Source of the DNA: Gammaproteobacteria bacterium
Lineage (GTDB): Bacteria; Pseudomonadota; Gammaproteobacteria; GCA-001735895
Assembly: GCA_050291745.1 (NCBI GenBank)
Contig: JBNKKI010000127.1
Location: 1,115 to 65,114, forward strand
Length of the DNA stretch: 64,000 nt
Direction: 5' to 3'
The notes below the pieces were generated by a model. It was not told where the DNA came from. It was given only the letters and a program-made list of their open reading frames with translations, and searched no databases. Made by a program: the position numbers and the translations under genes. This document shows, one piece after another, positions 60,760 to 64,000 of the stretch; position 1 is the first letter of the stretch; every line of letters begins with the position of its first letter.

Positions 60760-61628
60760 CACACAAAGATATAATAGAGAAAAATGCTGAATATAATTTT
60801 GCTTACCTGGATGAACATAGTAAACGTTTAATTCGGCGTGCCTTATTAAAAGCTGTGGCCATTCCCGGTTATCAGGTACCGTTTGGAGGTCGTGAAATGC
60901 CTATGCCTTATGGATGGGGTACAGGGGGTATACAGTTAACTGCTTCAATTATCGGTCAACAGGACAGATTAAAAGTTATCGATCAGGGTGCTGACGATAC
61001 GACTAATGCTGTTAGTATCAGATCATTTTTCAAAAAAACATGTGCTGTTAAAACCACAGAAAAAACTGTTGAAGCCAGCATTATTCAAACTCGACATCGA
61101 ATTCCAGAAACGCCTTTAAGCAATAATCAAATTCTGGTTTATCAGGTTCCCATTCCAGAACCATTACGCTTTATAGAACCTAGAGAAACCGAGACAAGAA
61201 CAATGCATGCACTGCAGGAATATGGCGTCATGCATGTCAAACTTTACGAAGATATAGCTCAATTTGGACATATTGCTACTGCTTATGCTTACCCGGTAAA
61301 AGTTAATAATCGATACATTATGGATCCTTCACCTATTCCAAAATTTGACAATCCTAAAATGCACCAGATGCCAGCATTACAATTATTCGGTGCAGGCCGT
61401 GAAAAACGACTCTATGCAGTGCCCCCTTATACAGATGTCATCAGCCTGGATTTTGAAGATTACCCATTTGAAATTCAGCAATGGGATGAAAAATGCTCTA
61501 TCTGCGGCTCACAAGAAAGCTTTCTGGATGAGCTTATTACTAATAATGAGGGTCATCGAATGTTTGTTTGCTCTGACTCTGATTACTGTTCTGAACGTAG
61601 CAATTCACAGTTGGAGTTAACACAATGA
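60756..61628 (+). CDS. phnJ: C-P lyase radical SAM-type core subunit PhnJ
   Basis: YNFAYLDE, PFGGREMPMPYGWGTGG and the C-terminal Cys cluster CSICG...CSDSDYC. Confidence 0.93.
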   Translation: MTHKDIIEKNAEYNFAYLDEHSKRLIRRALLKAVAIPGYQVPFGGREMPMPYGWGTGGIQLTASIIGQQDRLKVIDQGADDTTNAVSIRSFFKKTCAVKTTEKTVEASIIQTRHRIPETPLSNNQILVYQVPIPEPLRFIEPRETETRTMHALQEYGVMHVKLYEDIAQFGHIATAYAYPVKVNNRYIMDPSPIPKFDNPKMHQMPALQLFGAGREKRLYAVPPYTDVISLDFEDYPFEIQQWDEKCSICGSQESFLDELITNNEGHRMFVCSDSDYCSERSNSQLELTQ

Positions 61629-62419
61629 AACAACCAGTACTTGCAATAGATGAACAACCCATTCTACAGGTCTCACAACTCAGTAAACTGTATGGCGTAA
61701 ATAAAGGCTGTCAACAGGTTAAGCTGGAATTATATCCGGGTGAAGTACTCGGCATAGTCGGAGAATCCGGTTCAGGAAAATCTACATTGCTTAGATGCCT
61801 TGCCGGACTGGAGGATAGCGATACTGGAGATATTATATACCACTCTAAAAAAGGTCTGTTAAAACTGGGGGATTTACGTGAATCTGAACGCCGCAAATTA
61901 ATTAGCAATGAATGGGGAATAGTGCATCAAAATCCGCGAGATGGCCTGCATTTACATATTAGTGCCGGAGCTAACATTGGAGAAAAATTGATGAATCAGG
62001 GTGATCGTCATTTTGCCAATATTCGTGAAAAAGCCAAACACTGGATGCAGCGTGTAGAACTAGATACAAAGCGTATTGATGACAAACCGGTAAACTATTC
62101 CGGTGGAATGCAGCAACGTTTACAGATCGCCTGTAATCTTGTCACAAATCCACGTTTACTGTTTATGGATGAGCCCACTGGGGGACTGGACGTTTCAGTG
62201 CAGGCAAAGCTGCTTGACCTGTTACGAAAACTGGTACGGGAAGTGAATGTTTCCGTCATTCTGGTTACCCATGATATGGCGGTTGCGCGTTTACTGGCTG
62301 ACAGGCTGATGGTTATGCGAGATAGCAGAGTAATCGAATCCGGCCTTACCGATCAAATTCTGGATGATCCTCAACAACCCTATACTCAGCTTCTTGTATC
62401 ATCAATTTTACAGGTGTAA
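61625..62419 (+). CDS. phnK: C-P lyase ATP-binding subunit PhnK
   Basis: Walker A GESGSGKST, signature YSGGMQQR, Walker B LLFMDEPTGGLD. Confidence 0.9.
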   Translation: MKQPVLAIDEQPILQVSQLSKLYGVNKGCQQVKLELYPGEVLGIVGESGSGKSTLLRCLAGLEDSDTGDIIYHSKKGLLKLGDLRESERRKLISNEWGIVHQNPRDGLHLHISAGANIGEKLMNQGDRHFANIREKAKHWMQRVELDTKRIDDKPVNYSGGMQQRLQIACNLVTNPRLLFMDEPTGGLDVSVQAKLLDLLRKLVREVNVSVILVTHDMAVARLLADRLMVMRDSRVIESGLTDQILDDPQQPYTQLLVSSILQV

Positions 62420-62430
62420 AGACTGCCATT

Positions 62431-63174
62431 ATGAAGATTGTTTCCGCTAACAAAAACCAGACTAATCATGACATTTCTGATAAAGCTATTTTACAAATCA
62501 AAAATATTTCAAAATCTTTTACTCTGCACCATCAGGGTTCAGCCAGTTTTAAAGCTTTTGAAAATATAAGTTTAACGGTATCTGCCGGCCAATGTGTTGT
62601 ATTACAGGGTGAATCAGGAGTAGGAAAAAGTACATTACTGCGATGCCTGTATGCTAATTATCTGACAGATAGTGGATCAATATATCTGAATGATAATAAC
62701 CAGCAATATGATCTAAGCAATATCTCTGAACGGTTAATGATTAAAATCAGACATCAGAAAATAGCCTATGTGAGTCAGTTTTTACGCGTAATACCCCGCG
62801 TACCAGCCTTTGAAATTGTGATGCAACCACTACTTGAACTGGGTTATGATAAAAATAAATCAGAACAACGTGTTAGCGAGCTATTAACTCGCCTGAACAT
62901 ACCACAACGATTGTGGAGTTTATCACCGACCACCTTTTCTGGTGGCGAGCAGCAACGAATTAATATTGCAAGAGAGTTTGCTGTTACCCGACCCGTCATG
63001 TTACTCGATGAACCCACTGCATCGCTGGACGCCGGTAACCGGCAAACAGTCATACATCTTATTCAGCAAGCTAAAGCAAATAAATCTGCCATAGTCGGTA
63101 TATTTCACGATCAACAAAGCAGAGATCAGGTTGCTGATCAACTATTTGATATTAAAACCGGAGTTTTTGTGTGA
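62431..63174 (+). CDS. phnL: C-P lyase ATP-binding subunit PhnL
   Basis: Walker A GESGVGKST, FSGGEQQR, LLDEPTASLD. Confidence 0.88.
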   Translation: MKIVSANKNQTNHDISDKAILQIKNISKSFTLHHQGSASFKAFENISLTVSAGQCVVLQGESGVGKSTLLRCLYANYLTDSGSIYLNDNNQQYDLSNISERLMIKIRHQKIAYVSQFLRVIPRVPAFEIVMQPLLELGYDKNKSEQRVSELLTRLNIPQRLWSLSPTTFSGGEQQRINIAREFAVTRPVMLLDEPTASLDAGNRQTVIHLIQQAKANKSAIVGIFHDQQSRDQVADQLFDIKTGVFV

Positions 63175-64000
63175 AAGAACAAATTATTAACAATGCTCAA
63201 ATTATACTGATAGATGAAGTTATTAAGGGCTCTATCCTAATTAAAGATGGCATAATAAAACGGATTGACGCCAGTAATAGTCAATTACCACAGGCTATAG
63301 ACTGGGAAAATGATTATCTTTTACCAGGACTCATCGAATTACATACCGATAACATGGAAAAATATTTCATGCCCCGTCCGGGAGTTCTCTGGCCAAAAAT
63401 ATCAGCCATTATGGCACATGACATGCAGATGGCTTCATCAGGTATTACAACGGTTTTTGACGCCGTTTCAGTTGGATATGATATATATAAAAGTCATCGT
63501 GCAGAAATCCTCGAAGACATCATCGACTCTATTAGCCATATTGCAGATAACAATTTATCCAAAGCAGATCACTTCCTGCATTTACGCTGCGAACTTAGCT
63601 GTGATTCTACTGCCAGAGAATTTGATATGTATGCTGAAAACCCGAGATTAAAACTGGTTTCATTAATGGATCACGCACCTGGTCAGAGACAGTTTGCAAG
63701 AGTCGATAAATACATACAGTATTATCAGAAGAAATATGGTTACAGTGACGAAGATATGGACAACTACATCCGGCTACATAAACAGTCATCCGAGACCTAT
63801 TCGGATTCTCATCGTCGTTATATAGCAGAAAACTGCCAGCAACGAGGGTTACCTATGGCAAGTCATGATGATGCCACCGAGGATCATGTGTCAGAAGCAT
63901 TAAATTATGAAGTCAATATCGCTGAATTCCCCACCACACTTGAAGCAGCAAGTCAGTCTCATAAAAATAATTTAAAAGTATTAATGGGTGCGCCTAATTT
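63171..64000 (+). CDS. phnM: alpha-D-ribose 1-methylphosphonate 5-triphosphate diphosphatase PhnM (3'-partial, runs off the window)
   Basis: Not in the ORF track because no stop falls inside the window. A GTG start overlaps the phnL TGA. The translation VKEQIINNAQIIL...LLPGLIELHTDNMEKYFMPRPGVLWP and later ASHDDAT match PhnM amidohydrolase motifs. Confidence 0.85.
   Translation, partial: MKEQIINNAQIILIDEVIKGSILIKDGIIKRIDASNSQLPQAIDWENDYLLPGLIELHTDNMEKYFMPRPGVLWPKISAIMAHDMQMASSGITTVFDAVSVGYDIYKSHRAEILEDIIDSISHIADNNLSKADHFLHLRCELSCDSTAREFDMYAENPRLKLVSLMDHAPGQRQFARVDKYIQYYQKKYGYSDEDMDNYIRLHKQSSETYSDSHRRYIAENCQQRGLPMASHDDATEDHVSEALNYEVNIAEFPTTLEAASQSHKNNLKVLMGAPN

Noticed and set aside
1-64000. 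I looked for defence or mobile-island hallmarks: integrase, recombinase, reverse transcriptase, restriction/modification, helicase-nuclease pairs, toxin-antitoxin pairs, and tRNA/tmRNA attachment sites.
   Set aside because: None was found by eye. The window reads as core chromosome punctuated by MITEs, so I do not claim a novel defence system here.

Overview
This is an AT-rich window that looks like gammaproteobacterial chromosome. The evidence is the conserved neighbourhoods clpB-pgeF-rluD/bamD and mutS...fdxA, plus fimV and tex. About 60 CDS are densely packed. Most are housekeeping genes: mutS, aspS, clpB, nadA, nadE, metX, rluD, bamD, dusC, tex. Three functional blocks stand out. (1) A complete C-P lyase phosphonate operon, phnCDE-GHIJKLM, runs from 55750 off the right edge. 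It has putative Pho boxes and is divergent from a polar amino-acid ABC transporter. (2) A minus-strand arsenic/thiol-type cluster spans 4079-11068: rhodanese, MBL hydrolase, SigZ-like ECF sigma, ArsP/DUF318 permease, two small proteins with CC...CC tails, GAPDH, ArsJ. (3) Several orphan genes: a secreted esterase with a duplicated N-terminal domain, a HEAT-repeat Ser/Thr kinase coupled to BolA, and a zinc-ribbon/propeller-like protein. I found no rRNA, tRNA, CRISPR array, transposase, integrase or recognisable defence genes. The most striking structure not explained by genes is two families of miniature TIR elements. Family 1 is about 240 bp with at least 8 copies or relics, including a head-to-tail tandem pair. 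Family 2 is about 107 bp with at least 4 copies or relics. The two families share the terminus CCTGGAA...CA.TTG and are flanked by TTAA/TTCAA direct repeats. Several copies sit exactly on TAA stop codons, and one supplies the last codons and the stop of the GAPDH gene. Family 1 carries a ~95-nt central hairpin whose mismatches are G.U pairs on one strand only. No obviously novel multi-gene system with hallmark enzymes is visible. The repeat families and the sigma-factor-linked arsenic-type cluster are the best leads.
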